This document shows positions 1-9,826 of a stretch of DNA of 64,000 nucleotides, piece after piece. The position numbers were made by a program, and so were the translations under genes. The notes under the pieces were generated by a model. The model saw only the letters and a program-made list of their open reading frames with translations. It was not told the origin of the DNA and made no database searches. Position 1 is the stretch's first letter. Every line of letters begins with the position of its first letter. Source of the DNA: an uncultured Chloroflexia bacterium (GTDB lineage: Bacteria > Chloroflexota > Limnocylindria > Limnocylindrales > CSP1-4); NCBI GenBank assembly GCA_963746845.1, contig CAVVCZ010000005.1, positions 32,001 through 96,000 on the forward strand. Direction: 5' to 3'.

Positions 1-738
1 GCCAACGACCACTCGATCGCGTGGGGCATCGCCCAGGCGCTCCACGCGGAGGGCGCAGAGGTCGGCTTCTCCTCGGTGGAGTCACTGATCGAGAAGCGGG
101 TCCGGCCCCTCGCGACCTCGATCGGGTCGACGTTCGTCGAGCCGTGCGATGTCCAGCAGGACGCGGACATCGAGCGGGTGTTCGCGCGCTGGGGCGAGAC
201 CCACGACGGCCTCGACATCCTTGTCCATGCCCTCGCCTTCGCGAAGCGCGAGGACCTGAGCGGCCGGTTCGTCGACACGTCGCGCGACGGCTTCGCGCTC
301 GCCCACGACGTGTCGGCGTACTCGCTCGTCGGCCTGACCCGGGCGGCCCTCCCCCAGCTCCATCGCGGTTCGTCGATCCTGACGCTGACCTACTACGGCG
401 CGGAGAAGGTCGTCGCCAACTACAACGTCATGGGTGTCGCGAAGGCTGCGCTCGAGGCGTCGGTGCGATACCTGGCAGCGGACCTCGGGCCGGACGGAAT
501 CCGGGTCAACGCGATCAGCGCCGGCCCGGTTCGAACGCTCGCGGCGGCGGGGATCGGCGGGTTCAAGAAGATGTACGGCGAGTTCGCCGACATCACGCCG
601 CTCCGCTCGAACATCACGATCGAGGATGTCGGCCGGACGGCGGTCTACCTCGCGTCGGACCTGTCGTCGGCGGTGACCGGCGAGGTGATCTACGTCGATG
701 GCGGGTTCAGCGTGCTGGGCGTGCCGACGGAGGTCTGA
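1..738 (+). CDS. fabI: Enoyl-ACP reductase (NADH), 5'-truncated by the window edge
   Basis: Frame open from base 1: ANDHSIAWGIAQ, then YNVMGVAKAALEASVRYLA (Y-x6-K) and RVNAISAGPVRTLAA, which are FabI signatures. Confidence 0.95.
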   Translation, partial: ANDHSIAWGIAQALHAEGAEVGFSSVESLIEKRVRPLATSIGSTFVEPCDVQQDADIERVFARWGETHDGLDILVHALAFAKREDLSGRFVDTSRDGFALAHDVSAYSLVGLTRAALPQLHRGSSILTLTYYGAEKVVANYNVMGVAKAALEASVRYLAADLGPDGIRVNAISAGPVRTLAAAGIGGFKKMYGEFADITPLRSNITIEDVGRTAVYLASDLSSAVTGEVIYVDGGFSVLGVPTEV

Positions 739-744
739 CCCGGG

Positions 745-1314
745 TCAGGTCGCGCCGGTGAAGTCCTTCGCCATGGCGGCGTGGTAGACCTTCGGCTTCT
801 CGTCGACCAGGTCGTCGCCGCCGGGCGTCCCGCCGACCTCGATCCAGGTGGCCAGCGAGCGGTTGATCAGGATCGTCTCGAACGACTCGGTGACATGCTC
901 GGTGCCACGGTCGTACGAGATCGCCGCCTCGGTCAGCGGCACAAGGATGTCGCGACCGGCGAGGACGACGGCGGGGTCGTTCGATCCGACGTCGACCGGA
1001 CTTCCCGGGGGGACGTGGAGCCAGCCCGAGACGATGTAGCGGACGATGCCCAGCTTCACTGGCTCGACGTCGGTGCGCCGGCGGCGGGTCTCGACCCCTC
1101 GCCGACCGCTCACGAGCACGGCCACGATGGAGCCTACGGCGACGGTCACGTCGACGTACTGGGCCGGCATGCCGGTCATCAGGTCGTGGACCTCGGAGCC
1201 GCGCATGACGATCCGCGGCACGGAGTTCAGCATGTCGCTCAGCCGGTCGTCGGCGAGCGGGATCGCGCCGCTGATGCGGCGGTCGGCCGTGAAGACGATG
1301 AGCTCGACTGGCAT
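745..1314 (-). CDS. Hypothetical protein with two tandem similar beta-rich domains (DUF6812-like)
   Basis: 189-aa ORF. The halves RISGAI..DRLSDMLN and YIVSGWLHVPPG..ILINR look like repeats of one small domain. Confidence 0.55.
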   Translation of the reverse strand: MPVELIVFTADRRISGAIPLADDRLSDMLNSVPRIVMRGSEVHDLMTGMPAQYVDVTVAVGSIVAVLVSGRRGVETRRRRTDVEPVKLGIVRYIVSGWLHVPPGSPVDVGSNDPAVVLAGRDILVPLTEAAISYDRGTEHVTESFETILINRSLATWIEVGGTPGGDDLVDEKPKVYHAAMAKDFTGAT

Positions 1315-1418
1315 CGTGTGCCGGATGGTGCGCCGACGCCATCAATGCGCCAACGACCCGTTGGTCCTGCCCGATGGGGACCCCGAACGGGTCGGTCGGC
1401 GTCGAGCGCTCCGGCGCC

Positions 1419-2165
1419 CTATTCGGACGAGCGCACCTGGTAGACGCCGAGCCGGAGCGACGCGAGCGTCGCGATCAGGACCAGCGCGATGGCGGCGTAC
1501 AGGAATCCCTGGCTCCCGACAACCGAGGTCAACGTCTCCGGCGGCGCGAGGGCATAGACGATCCCGCGGACGTATTCGCGGACGCTGAGCAGCTGCGTCC
1601 CGGGCAGGGCACCTGCCAGCAGCCCCTCCCAGATCAGGGCGTATCCGAGCCCGATCAGCAGGCCCCGGCTCGTCGCCGCGCTCAGGGCGATGAAGATGGA
1701 GACGTACACGAACGACCCGACGACCACCGCCACGGCGAACGCGGTCGTGACCGCCATCTCGCCCGAACCGAGCCCGCCGATCAGGGCTCCGGACATGACG
1801 GTCGAGGCGAACATGAGCGCGGCGGTCAGCGTGCCCGCCACGACCAGCTTCGGGACGATGATCGCCCAGCGCGGGATGGGCTTGGTCAGGATGTGGATCG
1901 CCGTGCCGTCATCCAGCTCGGAGCCGAGCGCCGCGGTACCGAAGACGAGCGCCACGATCGGGAGCACGCTCGAGACGAGGAGGCCCTCGAGGGACGGCTC
2001 GAGCCGGTTCGGCCGGGGCCCGCCGTTGCCGAGCCGGACGAAGATGCCGAGGAGGACCGGGGCGCCGGCCACGAGCAGCATCAGCAGCGTCCGACGCCGG
2101 CCGAGCAGGGCGCGCGCCGTCACGATCCCGATCGCGGTCATCACGGACAGGCGGCCGGCTCTCAT
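1419..2165 (-). CDS. ABC-2 type exporter permease
   Basis: Six hydrophobic segments and ELDDGTAIHILTKPIPRW motif. Overlaps the stop of the upstream ATPase. The true start may be the downstream Met (MTAIGIV). Confidence 0.85.
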   Translation of the reverse strand: MRAGRLSVMTAIGIVTARALLGRRRTLLMLLVAGAPVLLGIFVRLGNGGPRPNRLEPSLEGLLVSSVLPIVALVFGTAALGSELDDGTAIHILTKPIPRWAIIVPKLVVAGTLTAALMFASTVMSGALIGGLGSGEMAVTTAFAVAVVVGSFVYVSIFIALSAATSRGLLIGLGYALIWEGLLAGALPGTQLLSVREYVRGIVYALAPPETLTSVVGSQGFLYAAIALVLIATLASLRLGVYQVRSSE

Positions 2166-3124
2166 CGGCGGGTCACCAGGTATTCGAAGACGCTCTCGAG
2201 CGAATCGTCCGTCGGGGCGACCTCGAGCAGGCGGACCCCGGCGTCTCGGGCGACCCGGGCCACGCTTCTCGTGAACCCGGAGAACTCGGACACCCGGACC
2301 GTCAAGCGGTCGTCGCGCAGCTCCGCCCCGAAGACGGCGGGCTCGGCCAGGAAGGCCGCCGCCAGCCGGCGATCGTCGGAGGAGCGGACGCGGAACGTGT
2401 GGGGCCGGTCCGTCATCAGCCGCCGGATCTCGCGGTAGTCGCCGGACGCGGCGAGCCGGCCGGCGTAGATCACGAGGATCCCGTCGGCCAGCCGCTCGAC
2501 CTCCTCGAGGATGTGCGAGCTGAACAGGATCGTCCGACCGTCGCCGGCCATCGCGCGGAGCAGGTCCATCATGTGCAGCCGCTGGCGTGGGTCCATCCCG
2601 TTGAACGGCTCGTCGAGGAGCAGGATGGCCGGCTCGTGGACCAGCGCCGCGGCGATCTTCGCCCGCTGGCGCATCCCCTTCGAGTACGTGCCGACCGGAC
2701 GGTCCGCGGCGGCCGCGAGATCGACCGTCTCGATCGCGCGCGCGGTTGCGGCCGCCGGATCCGGCAGGGACTGGAGGCGCGCGGCCAGCTCCACGAACTG
2801 GCGGCCCGTGAGGAACGAGTGGACTGCCTCACGCTCCGGCACGAGCCCGATCCGGGCATAGATCGACGGGTCGTGCCAGGCCGGCCGCCCGTCGATCAGG
2901 ACGCGACCCGACGAGGGCTGGAGCAGGCCGGACAGCAGATGGAGCAGGGTCGACTTGCCCGCGCCGTTCGGCCCCAGGAGCCCGGTGATCCCGGAGCCGA
3001 TCGCGAAGCTGATGTCGTTGACCGCGACGACATTCCCGAACCAGCGGGACACGCGGTCGACCACGATCGGCTGGTCCAGCGGGATCGATGTCGCCACCGT
3101 GGCGGCCGTCGCGGCTTCCGTCAT
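2162..3124 (-). CDS. ABC transporter ATP-binding protein
   Basis: GPNGAGKST Walker A, YSKGMRQR signature, LLLDEP Walker B. ATG at 3124 overlaps the previous TGA (ATGA). Confidence 0.92.
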   Translation of the reverse strand: MTEAATAATVATSIPLDQPIVVDRVSRWFGNVVAVNDISFAIGSGITGLLGPNGAGKSTLLHLLSGLLQPSSGRVLIDGRPAWHDPSIYARIGLVPEREAVHSFLTGRQFVELAARLQSLPDPAAATARAIETVDLAAAADRPVGTYSKGMRQRAKIAAALVHEPAILLLDEPFNGMDPRQRLHMMDLLRAMAGDGRTILFSSHILEEVERLADGILVIYAGRLAASGDYREIRRLMTDRPHTFRVRSSDDRRLAAAFLAEPAVFGAELRDDRLTVRVSEFSGFTRSVARVARDAGVRLLEVAPTDDSLESVFEYLVTRR

Positions 3125-4038
3125 GTCGCGATCCGGACGAAGCGCCGCGCAATGACCCCGACCGTCACGAGGGTGATCGCGATCGCGCTCGCGAGGAAGG
3201 TCCAGGTCGGCAGGTTGAAGAAGAACAGCTCCTCGGGCAGCCGGTTGCCGAAGAACAGGGCGCTCGTGCCGTCGAGGATCGTGCCCGGGCTGAGCAGGAC
3301 GAGGACGATGCCGGCCGGCCCGGAGCCCTGGGCGATGACCGCGCCCGCGACGAGCCCGGGCAGGACGAACAGGGCGATGATCCCGGCCGTCGCGTATGCC
3401 CGGCGTGGCGTAAACGCCGAGACGACCATCGACAGGCTGCCGAAGAGACCGGTGATCACGAGGGCCTGGGCGAGGACCGCGGGGAGCGTCGGCAGGTCGT
3501 CCACGAAGGCCGCGGCGATGTCGGTCGAGAGCAGGACCCGACCGATCAGGAGGATCGTCATCGGCAGGAGAAGCAGCAGGAGGAGGGCGAGGCCGAACCC
3601 GGCGAGCCGTGCCAGGGCGTAGTCCGAGCGGCGCATCGCCCGGGCGAAGTACAGGGCGAGGACGCCATGGCGCTGGTCGCGCGAGAACAGCTCCGGCGCC
3701 TGAGCCGCGCAGAACAGCGCGATCACCGCGTCGATCGAGGCGTAGTAGGTGTCGTAGTCGATCGGCGACGCCGACTCGAACTGCTCGCGGGCGCCGAGCC
3801 GGGCGGCCAGCGTGAGGATCCCGACCACGACGATCGCCGGCAGGATCGCCATCGCCCCGAGGACGACCGGCGCGACCTTTGCGCGACCCCCATGGCCGAT
3901 CCCGTACGCCGTCCGGAAGCTGTCGATGACCATCGACCGGATCGCGTGGGCTCGCCCGAGCCGGGGTCCCTCGTAGCGCCGGTAGCCGAGGTCGTAGATG
4001 CTCCCGGCCCGGACGACCGGCGTGGTGGTCTCGGTCAT
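3121..4038 (-). CDS. ABC-2 type exporter permease
   Basis: IYDLGYRRYEGPRLGR N-terminus, multiple TM segments and DQRHGVLALYFAR motif. Confidence 0.85.
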   Translation of the reverse strand: MTETTTPVVRAGSIYDLGYRRYEGPRLGRAHAIRSMVIDSFRTAYGIGHGGRAKVAPVVLGAMAILPAIVVVGILTLAARLGAREQFESASPIDYDTYYASIDAVIALFCAAQAPELFSRDQRHGVLALYFARAMRRSDYALARLAGFGLALLLLLLLPMTILLIGRVLLSTDIAAAFVDDLPTLPAVLAQALVITGLFGSLSMVVSAFTPRRAYATAGIIALFVLPGLVAGAVIAQGSGPAGIVLVLLSPGTILDGTSALFFGNRLPEELFFFNLPTWTFLASAIAITLVTVGVIARRFVRIAT

Positions 4039-5012
4039 CGGTCGTCCACGGTCGGCGGGACGGCAATGGCGGCGGTTGCGGCGGCCGGCCCGGCTCCGGC
4101 GTCGGGCGCGCCGGGCGCGTCGCGGAACAGGTCCTCGAGACGGTGGCGGCGCTGCTCGATCCGGACGAGTGGCAGGCCGAGCTCCGCGATCGTGTCCCGG
4201 ACGAGGTCGTACGGCCGCTCGTCGACGAGGTCGATCAGGACCGCCTGGCCGTCCACGATCGTCTGGAGCCCGGCGGCGGCGAGGCGCTCGGCCAGGATGT
4301 CGCTCCCCTCCTCCACCTCGACCGCGAGGGTCCCGGTCCGCTCCATGAACGACCCGAGCGGGGCCGATCGGAGCAGCTTCCCGCCCTCGATCGCCACGAG
4401 GTGGTCGCAGACCCGTTCGATCTCGCCGAGCAGGTGTGACGCGACGATCACCGCGATCCCGAACTCGGTCCCGGTCCGGTGGACCAGCTCGAGCATCTCG
4501 TCGCGGCCGGCCGGGTCGAGGCCGTTCGTGGGCTCGTCGAGGAGCAGCAGCCGCGGGTCGTGGACGAGCGCCTGGGCGAGCTTGACCCGCTGGCGCATGC
4601 CGGTGCTGTAGCCGCCGATCGCCCGGTACCGCTCCTCGTACAGCCCGACGTGCCGCAGGACCTCGGCGGTTCGCTCGCGGGCGGCGGTGCGGGGCAACCC
4701 GGAGACCTGGGCGAGATGGGACACGACGTCGGTCGCTGACATGTCTGGCGGGAGGCAGTCGTGCTCGGGCATGTAGCCGACCAGCTCGCGGATCGCGATC
4801 CCGCTCGACGCGATGTCGAGATCGAAGACGAGCGCCGAGCCGCTCGTCGGCGCGACCAGCCCGAGCAGGATCTTCAGCAGCGTGCTCTTGCCCGCGCCGT
4901 TCGACCCGACCAGGCCGATGATGCCGGGCTCGAGCTCGAGCGTCAGGCCGTCGAGCGCCGTGACACCGCCGCCGTATCGCTTCGTCAGGGCATTCGTCGC
5001 GATCAGGCTCAC
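4035..5012 (-). CDS. ABC transporter ATP-binding protein
   Basis: GSNGAGKST, YSTGMRQR and LLLLDEPT motifs. GTG start lies 6 nt after a TACCCT -10-like hexamer. Confidence 0.92.
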   Translation of the reverse strand: MSLIATNALTKRYGGGVTALDGLTLELEPGIIGLVGSNGAGKSTLLKILLGLVAPTSGSALVFDLDIASSGIAIRELVGYMPEHDCLPPDMSATDVVSHLAQVSGLPRTAARERTAEVLRHVGLYEERYRAIGGYSTGMRQRVKLAQALVHDPRLLLLDEPTNGLDPAGRDEMLELVHRTGTEFGIAVIVASHLLGEIERVCDHLVAIEGGKLLRSAPLGSFMERTGTLAVEVEEGSDILAERLAAAGLQTIVDGQAVLIDLVDERPYDLVRDTIAELGLPLVRIEQRRHRLEDLFRDAPGAPDAGAGPAAATAAIAVPPTVDDR

Positions 5013-5082
5013 CGGGACAGGGTATCGGGCGGAGTGCCGCCCTCGTTGCGGCAACGCGACGATTTGTCGGCCAGGATCGGGA

Positions 5083-5520
5083 TCAGGAAGCCTCCGGAGG
5101 CACCGTCACGCTGAACCCCTCGCGCTCGGCGACCTCGGCCAGCCGACGATCGAGGGTCACGAACGCCAGCGTCGACGGATCAAGCTCGCTCGCGACGACG
5201 GCCGCGGCGAGCTGGAGCGAATCGGCTGCCCGGAGCGGGTGCGACCGGAGCAGTCGAACCGCGATCCGGCGCACCGCCGGCACCGGTTGGACCTCGTGCC
5301 ACGCCGCCGCCAGCTCGTCGAGCCGGCCGATCGCGACCGTCAGCCCAGCAGGGGAAAGCCGGCCCTCCCGTTCCAGGCGGGACAGCGCCGACACGCACTC
5401 GATGTCCGTGGCCCACCAGGCCATGATCTCCGGGTCGTCCTCGAAGAGCCGCCGGATCGCCGGGCTGGAGCGCTCGCCGACGAGCAGCGGGGCGATTGCG
5501 GAGCTGTCCCAGAACCGCAT
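5083..5520 (-). CDS. vapC: VapC-family PIN-domain toxin
   Basis: MRFWDSSAIAPLL..E..SAL..LRAADSLQLAAA..FVTLDRRL shows the PIN acidic residues. It lies downstream of an antitoxin. Confidence 0.88.
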   Translation of the reverse strand: MRFWDSSAIAPLLVGERSSPAIRRLFEDDPEIMAWWATDIECVSALSRLEREGRLSPAGLTVAIGRLDELAAAWHEVQPVPAVRRIAVRLLRSHPLRAADSLQLAAAVVASELDPSTLAFVTLDRRLAEVAEREGFSVTVPPEAS

Positions 5521-5527
5521 CGGAATC

Positions 5528-5821
5528 TCAGCGACCCGTCCGCCGTTCCTCGATGAGCACGTCGGCGGCGCCAGCACCGCCGACGAGACGCGGCGGAGGT
5601 CGGCGCAACGCTTCGACGGACGGCGCGGAAACGCCGGGGCGAACGACACCGGCGCGTTCCAGGCGCTGGAGCCGACCGTCCGAGCGGCCGCCACGTGCGA
5701 TCGGCTCGAGGCGGGCAACCGGCGTCCCGCGATCGAGAATGACCACCGACTCGCCGGCCCGGACATGGTCGAGAAGGGCGCTGAGACGATTCTTGGCTTC
5801 ACTGATGGATGCGGATCGCAT
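5528..5821 (-). CDS. Phd/YefM-family antitoxin
   Basis: SISEAKNRLSALLDHVRAGESVVILDRGTPVARL is a typical Phd/YefM N-terminus. Confidence 0.9.
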   Translation of the reverse strand: MRSASISEAKNRLSALLDHVRAGESVVILDRGTPVARLEPIARGGRSDGRLQRLERAGVVRPGVSAPSVEALRRPPPRLVGGAGAADVLIEERRTGR

Positions 5822-5855
5822 CTGGCTATTCTAGCCAGATTGACAAGGCGTGCAA
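5821..5855 (-). promoter_or_regulatory. Leaderless TA promoter with autoregulatory palindrome
   Basis: Minus strand reads TTGCAC-N16-TAGAAT-N6-ATG. A perfect inverted repeat TCTGGCTA-ttc-TAGCCAGA (5821-5839) overlaps the -10 and the start. Confidence 0.75.
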
Positions 5856-5868
5856 GACCTGATCGCGA

Positions 5869-6873
5869 TCACTCCGTCAGTGCATCGCCCCAGGCGATGT
5901 CGGCGGCGGATCGAAAGGCGCCCCCATCGCGACGGCTGCGGACGACCGTCTCGATCCGGCCGTCGGCGCAGATGCGCAGCTCGACCACGCCCGGCCGGTG
6001 GCGCGGCCGGCCGAGGACGACGCGCGGTCGCGGATCGACGACGACCGTCGAGCGCGCGGCGACGAGATACGCGAACGGTTCGTCCTCCCACGACCGGACG
6101 GCGCCCTTTGCGCGGCGCTGCTGGGGACTCCGGTCCAGGCGGGCGAGGAAATGGCACCATGCCGGCGCGGCCACGGGGCAGGCCGCCTCGCCCGGGCACG
6201 GGGCGGCGACCCGGGCGTCCGCGGCGATCAGGCGGTCGCGCGCCTCGAGGATCCGTTCGAACCCGGCGCGGCTGCCCGGCTCGACGAGGACGATCGCGCC
6301 GCGCGTCGCCGCCCAGAGCCCGTCCACGACCCGTCCCCGCGCGTCGTCGGCGAGCTCGCCAAGCAGATACCCGGCGGTCACGAGATCCGATGGCGGCAGC
6401 TCGGCGGTCGTGGCGTCCCCGACCTGCCAGGCGAACCGTTCGTCGCCGATGAGCGTTCGCCCGAGCGATATCGCCGCCCGTTCGCGTTCGACGAGGGCCC
6501 CGCTCGCGAGGCTCGGCCAGACCGCCCGCGTGGCCCACGTCGTGGCGCCGGTGCCGGCGCCGACATCGAGGACGCTCGCAGGCGCGAACCCCGGAAGCCG
6601 GTCCGCCCCCGCCGCCATCGCCCGGGCGGCAGCGGCGAACGTCGCCGGCATCCGCGCCGCGCCATAGGCCGCCGCGGATCGGTCATCGCCCAGGCGCCCA
6701 TCCCCGGCGCTCCCATCAGACCGATAGACCGTGGACAGCCGGCCGGATCGAGCAGCCACCGCCGGCGTGACCCGGACCGCGCGCGCGAGAGCGAGCCGCA
6801 GCCGAGCGCTCGCCGCCGCGATCCGCTCGGCGGTTCCGTCGTCTGGCACGGCGGGGGGTTCGGGACGATCCAC
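5869..6873 (-). CDS. Rsm22-family SAM-dependent methyltransferase
   Basis: AYGAARMPATFAA, VLDVGAGTG, LVEPG, APCPGEAACP..WCHF and EDEPFAYL motifs. Confidence 0.85.
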   Translation of the reverse strand: MDRPEPPAVPDDGTAERIAAASARLRLALARAVRVTPAVAARSGRLSTVYRSDGSAGDGRLGDDRSAAAYGAARMPATFAAAARAMAAGADRLPGFAPASVLDVGAGTGATTWATRAVWPSLASGALVERERAAISLGRTLIGDERFAWQVGDATTAELPPSDLVTAGYLLGELADDARGRVVDGLWAATRGAIVLVEPGSRAGFERILEARDRLIAADARVAAPCPGEAACPVAAPAWCHFLARLDRSPQQRRAKGAVRSWEDEPFAYLVAARSTVVVDPRPRVVLGRPRHRPGVVELRICADGRIETVVRSRRDGGAFRSAADIAWGDALTE

Positions 6874-6941
6874 GATCGCGCGAGCGTAGGCGAATCCCGT
6901 ACGCTGCGGACGCCCGTTCGAGGAGGCCCAGGAGATCGAGC

Positions 6942-7508
6942 ATGCGTGTCAGCGTCACCCCCGAGCAGATCCGGACCGCGTTCGAGGCCGTCAAGGACGA
7001 CCCCTCCTTCGACGACAGCCGCGGCCTGTGGGAACGCGGCCGGCCCCCGGTCGAGATGCTCCAGGCGATGTGCCTCCGCCCCGACATCCTGGCCGCATTC
7101 GCCGGCTTCGGCGGAAGCGTCTACCCGGGCGGGCTGCTCGAGCGACGCATCAAGGAGCTCGTGATCATCGCCGCGTCGCAGTCCAACGAGTGTCAGTTCT
7201 GCACGAACGCGCACGTCGATATCGTCGACCTCGGGGACATCGTCGCCGAGCCGTTGGCGATGATCGCCGACCCGTCGGCGCTGGCGCCGCGGGAGCGCGC
7301 AGCGGTCGAGTTCACGAAGGCCGGCATGGTCGATTCGAACCGGATCCCGGACGACGTCGCGGCGCAGGTCAAGGAGCTGTTCAGCGATGCCGAGCTGGTC
7401 GAGCTGTCGTTCCTGATCGGCTACATCAACATGCTCAACCTGTTCAACAACCTGCTCGGGGTCCGGTACCACGGCGACTACCGGGTGCTCCAGCCCACCG
7501 GCGGCTAG
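6942..7508 (+). CDS. Carboxymuconolactone decarboxylase/AhpD-family peroxidase-like protein
   Basis: KELVIIAASQSNECQFCTNAH (CxxC..H) and FSDAELVEL. AGGAG SD upstream. Confidence 0.85.
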   Translation: MRVSVTPEQIRTAFEAVKDDPSFDDSRGLWERGRPPVEMLQAMCLRPDILAAFAGFGGSVYPGGLLERRIKELVIIAASQSNECQFCTNAHVDIVDLGDIVAEPLAMIADPSALAPRERAAVEFTKAGMVDSNRIPDDVAAQVKELFSDAELVELSFLIGYINMLNLFNNLLGVRYHGDYRVLQPTGG

Positions 7509-7606
7509 GTCGCCTGTCCTCGCGCCCACACTTGTTCGGGACACCCACGCACGGACCGCGTCGGGCTCTATCCTCCGTGAAGGGTTGACACACCTGGAGC
7601 AGACCC

Positions 7607-8527
7607 GTGCCTGAACCGCCGTACCGTCGCGTTCACGTGATCATCAACCCGGCATCCGGCCGGAACGAGCCGATCCTCAACGTGCTCAATGACGTCTTCG
7701 GGCGGCACGAGGTGGACTGGGCGATCAGCGTGACGCATCGGTACGGGGACGCATCGGTCCAGGCCCGGCAGGCGGTCGAGGACGGCGTGGACCTGGTCGC
7801 CGGGTACGGCGGGGACGGCACCCAGCACGAGATCGCCAACGCCCTCGTGGACGCGGCCGTCGAGACGGGACGACGGACGCCGATGGGCATCCTGCCCGGA
7901 GGAACGGGCAACGGGTTTGCCCGGGAGATGGGCGTGCCCGGAACGTTGCGGGAGGCTACCGAGGTCCTGTGCGCGAGCCCAAGGACCCGTGCGGTCGACG
8001 TCGGCCGGCTCCGCGACCTCGGGCAGGCGGAGGTCGCCGACCGATATTTCGTCCAGCGGCTGTACGTGGGGGTGGAGCCCGAGGAACAGACGAGTCGGGA
8101 TCAGAAGGACCGCTACGGGGTCTTCGCGTACCTCGTGAACGCCACACGCCATACGCAGGACACGGCGGCCGTCCACTACCGCGCCGAGCTCGACGGCGAG
8201 TCGATCGAGTTCGACGCCACGAAGGTCTACGTCGTCAACTCCGGGATGATGGGGACCGGGCTGCGGATCACCCATTCGTACGCGGTCGATGACGGGCTGC
8301 TCGACTGCTTCCGGATCGACCAGCACGACTACGCGACCATGGTCGCCGCAGCGGTCCGCTTCCTGGACCTTCCCATGTCCAACCTGACGAAGTTCCATCG
8401 GCAGTGCAGGACGCTCAGGATCGAGACCCAGCCCGACCAGCCCGTGTGGACCGACGGCGAGTATGTCGGGCGCACGCCCATCACGGTCGACGTCATGCCC
8501 GGAGCCCTGGCCGTTGTCGTCCCCTGA
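7607..8527 (+). CDS. Diacylglycerol/lipid kinase family (YegS/DgkB-like)
   Basis: IINPASG, GGDGT, ILPGGTGNGFAR, DDGLLD and TDGE motifs. Confidence 0.9.
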   Translation: MPEPPYRRVHVIINPASGRNEPILNVLNDVFGRHEVDWAISVTHRYGDASVQARQAVEDGVDLVAGYGGDGTQHEIANALVDAAVETGRRTPMGILPGGTGNGFAREMGVPGTLREATEVLCASPRTRAVDVGRLRDLGQAEVADRYFVQRLYVGVEPEEQTSRDQKDRYGVFAYLVNATRHTQDTAAVHYRAELDGESIEFDATKVYVVNSGMMGTGLRITHSYAVDDGLLDCFRIDQHDYATMVAAAVRFLDLPMSNLTKFHRQCRTLRIETQPDQPVWTDGEYVGRTPITVDVMPGALAVVVP

Positions 8528-9074
8528 GCCACGACCGGGCCTGTCGCCGTTCCATCGAGCCTTCGATCGACTGTACCCCGCGATCCGGTTCACCTACGAG
8601 CGGCTCCTCGGGCACGCATGGTTCTCGCCGGTCGAGCCACGGCTCTGGCTCGGCGGGGCGCCCACCTACCGCCGGGACTACGACACGATCCTCGCGCTGG
8701 GGATCAGCGCGGTGCTGGACACCCGCGCCGAGCGAACGTCCGATCGCGCCTTCTACGACGCACACGGCATCACCCACCGCCGGTTCCCGGTGCCGGACGT
8801 CACGGTGCCGGACGAGGCCGTCCTGACCGAAGCGGTGGCCTGGATCGACGACCAGCTCGCGGACGGCCGGACGGTCCTCATCCACTGCGCGAAAGGAAGA
8901 GGTCGCTCCGCGACGGTGGTCGCCGCCTGGCTCATGAAGACGAGAGGGATGACGTTCGACGCCGTGCGGAACCTGCTGCGCTCGAAGCGGGAGCTGGTCA
9001 AGCTCGAGGACCGGCACCGCCTGGTGCTGGAGTCCTGGGTCGCCACGGCGGGCGACCGGCCCGATCGGCCGTGA
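8514..9074 (+). CDS. Dual-specificity (PTPMT1-like) phosphatase
   Basis: HCAKGRGRS CX5R loop and PVPD acid loop. The TTG start with a GGAG SD overlapping the kinase 3' end is tentative. Confidence 0.82.
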   Translation: MSSPEPRPGLSPFHRAFDRLYPAIRFTYERLLGHAWFSPVEPRLWLGGAPTYRRDYDTILALGISAVLDTRAERTSDRAFYDAHGITHRRFPVPDVTVPDEAVLTEAVAWIDDQLADGRTVLIHCAKGRGRSATVVAAWLMKTRGMTFDAVRNLLRSKRELVKLEDRHRLVLESWVATAGDRPDRP

Positions 9075-9137
9075 AGCGCCCACTCGGCCTGGTCAGGGTC
9101 GCCAGGTCGTGGCGTCGTCGTTGGAGGCGCGCCGAGC

Positions 9138-9560
9138 TCAGGCGGATTCGGCCGCCCGCTTCATCCCCTCCGCTTCGAGGTCCATGTAGCGGTTGGTCAG
9201 CTTCTTGTAGAACAGGGCCATGATCGGGATGAGGAACCCGCGCATGTCGAGTGTCAGCGTGAGACGTGCCCGCCCCTCTCCCAGCGCCTCGACGCGGTGG
9301 CCGGCGACGCTGGTGGTGCCGCCCGTCTGCTGTGTCCACTCGAAGTAGGACGGCGCATCCCAGACCGTGATGTCCCAGGTGCCCTCGGGCAGCTTCGGCT
9401 GCTTGAGCCGCACGCGGCTGCCACGGGTGATCGGCGCCAGCGTCAGGAGCTCGACCATGTCGACGGTCTCGATGCGCTGCGGCCAGGCCTCGATGGCGCT
9501 GAGCACGTCCCACACGCGCCCCGGAGGAGCATTGATGTCGATCGACTTCTCGAAGTGCAC
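9138..9560 (-). CDS. SRPBCC/START-family protein
   Basis: FEKSIDINAPPGRVWDVLSAIEAWP N-terminus and a C-terminal helix EAEGMKRAAE. Confidence 0.85.
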   Translation of the reverse strand: MHFEKSIDINAPPGRVWDVLSAIEAWPQRIETVDMVELLTLAPITRGSRVRLKQPKLPEGTWDITVWDAPSYFEWTQQTGGTTSVAGHRVEALGEGRARLTLTLDMRGFLIPIMALFYKKLTNRYMDLEAEGMKRAAESA

Positions 9561-9612
9561 GTCGGGCGGTCTGCTCAGGCTGCGTGTCGATTCGAGCACG
9601 ATTCGGTAGGTG

Positions 9613-9688
9613 TGGAGCGGGAGACGGGGTTCGAACCCGCGACATGCAGCTTGGAAGGCTGCCGCTCTGCCAACTGAGCTACTCCCGC
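9613..9688 (-). tRNA. tRNA-Gly(TCC) with encoded CCA
   Basis: GCGGGAGTAGCTCAGTTGGCAGAGCGGCAGCCTTCCAAGCTGCATGTCGCGGGTTCGAACCCCGTCTCCCGCTCCA, 76 nt, folds as a full cloverleaf. Confidence 0.97.
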
Positions 9689-9826
9689 CGGAGGCATCGG
9701 TGAAGGTACCAGAGCAGTTGGGGACCATCCGTCCATCGACGGAAAAGGAGACCCCGCCGAGGTTCCCTCAGCCGACGGCGAATGAGGACCTAGACCAGGT
9801 CGGCCGAGGCACACCTGGAGCCTCGG

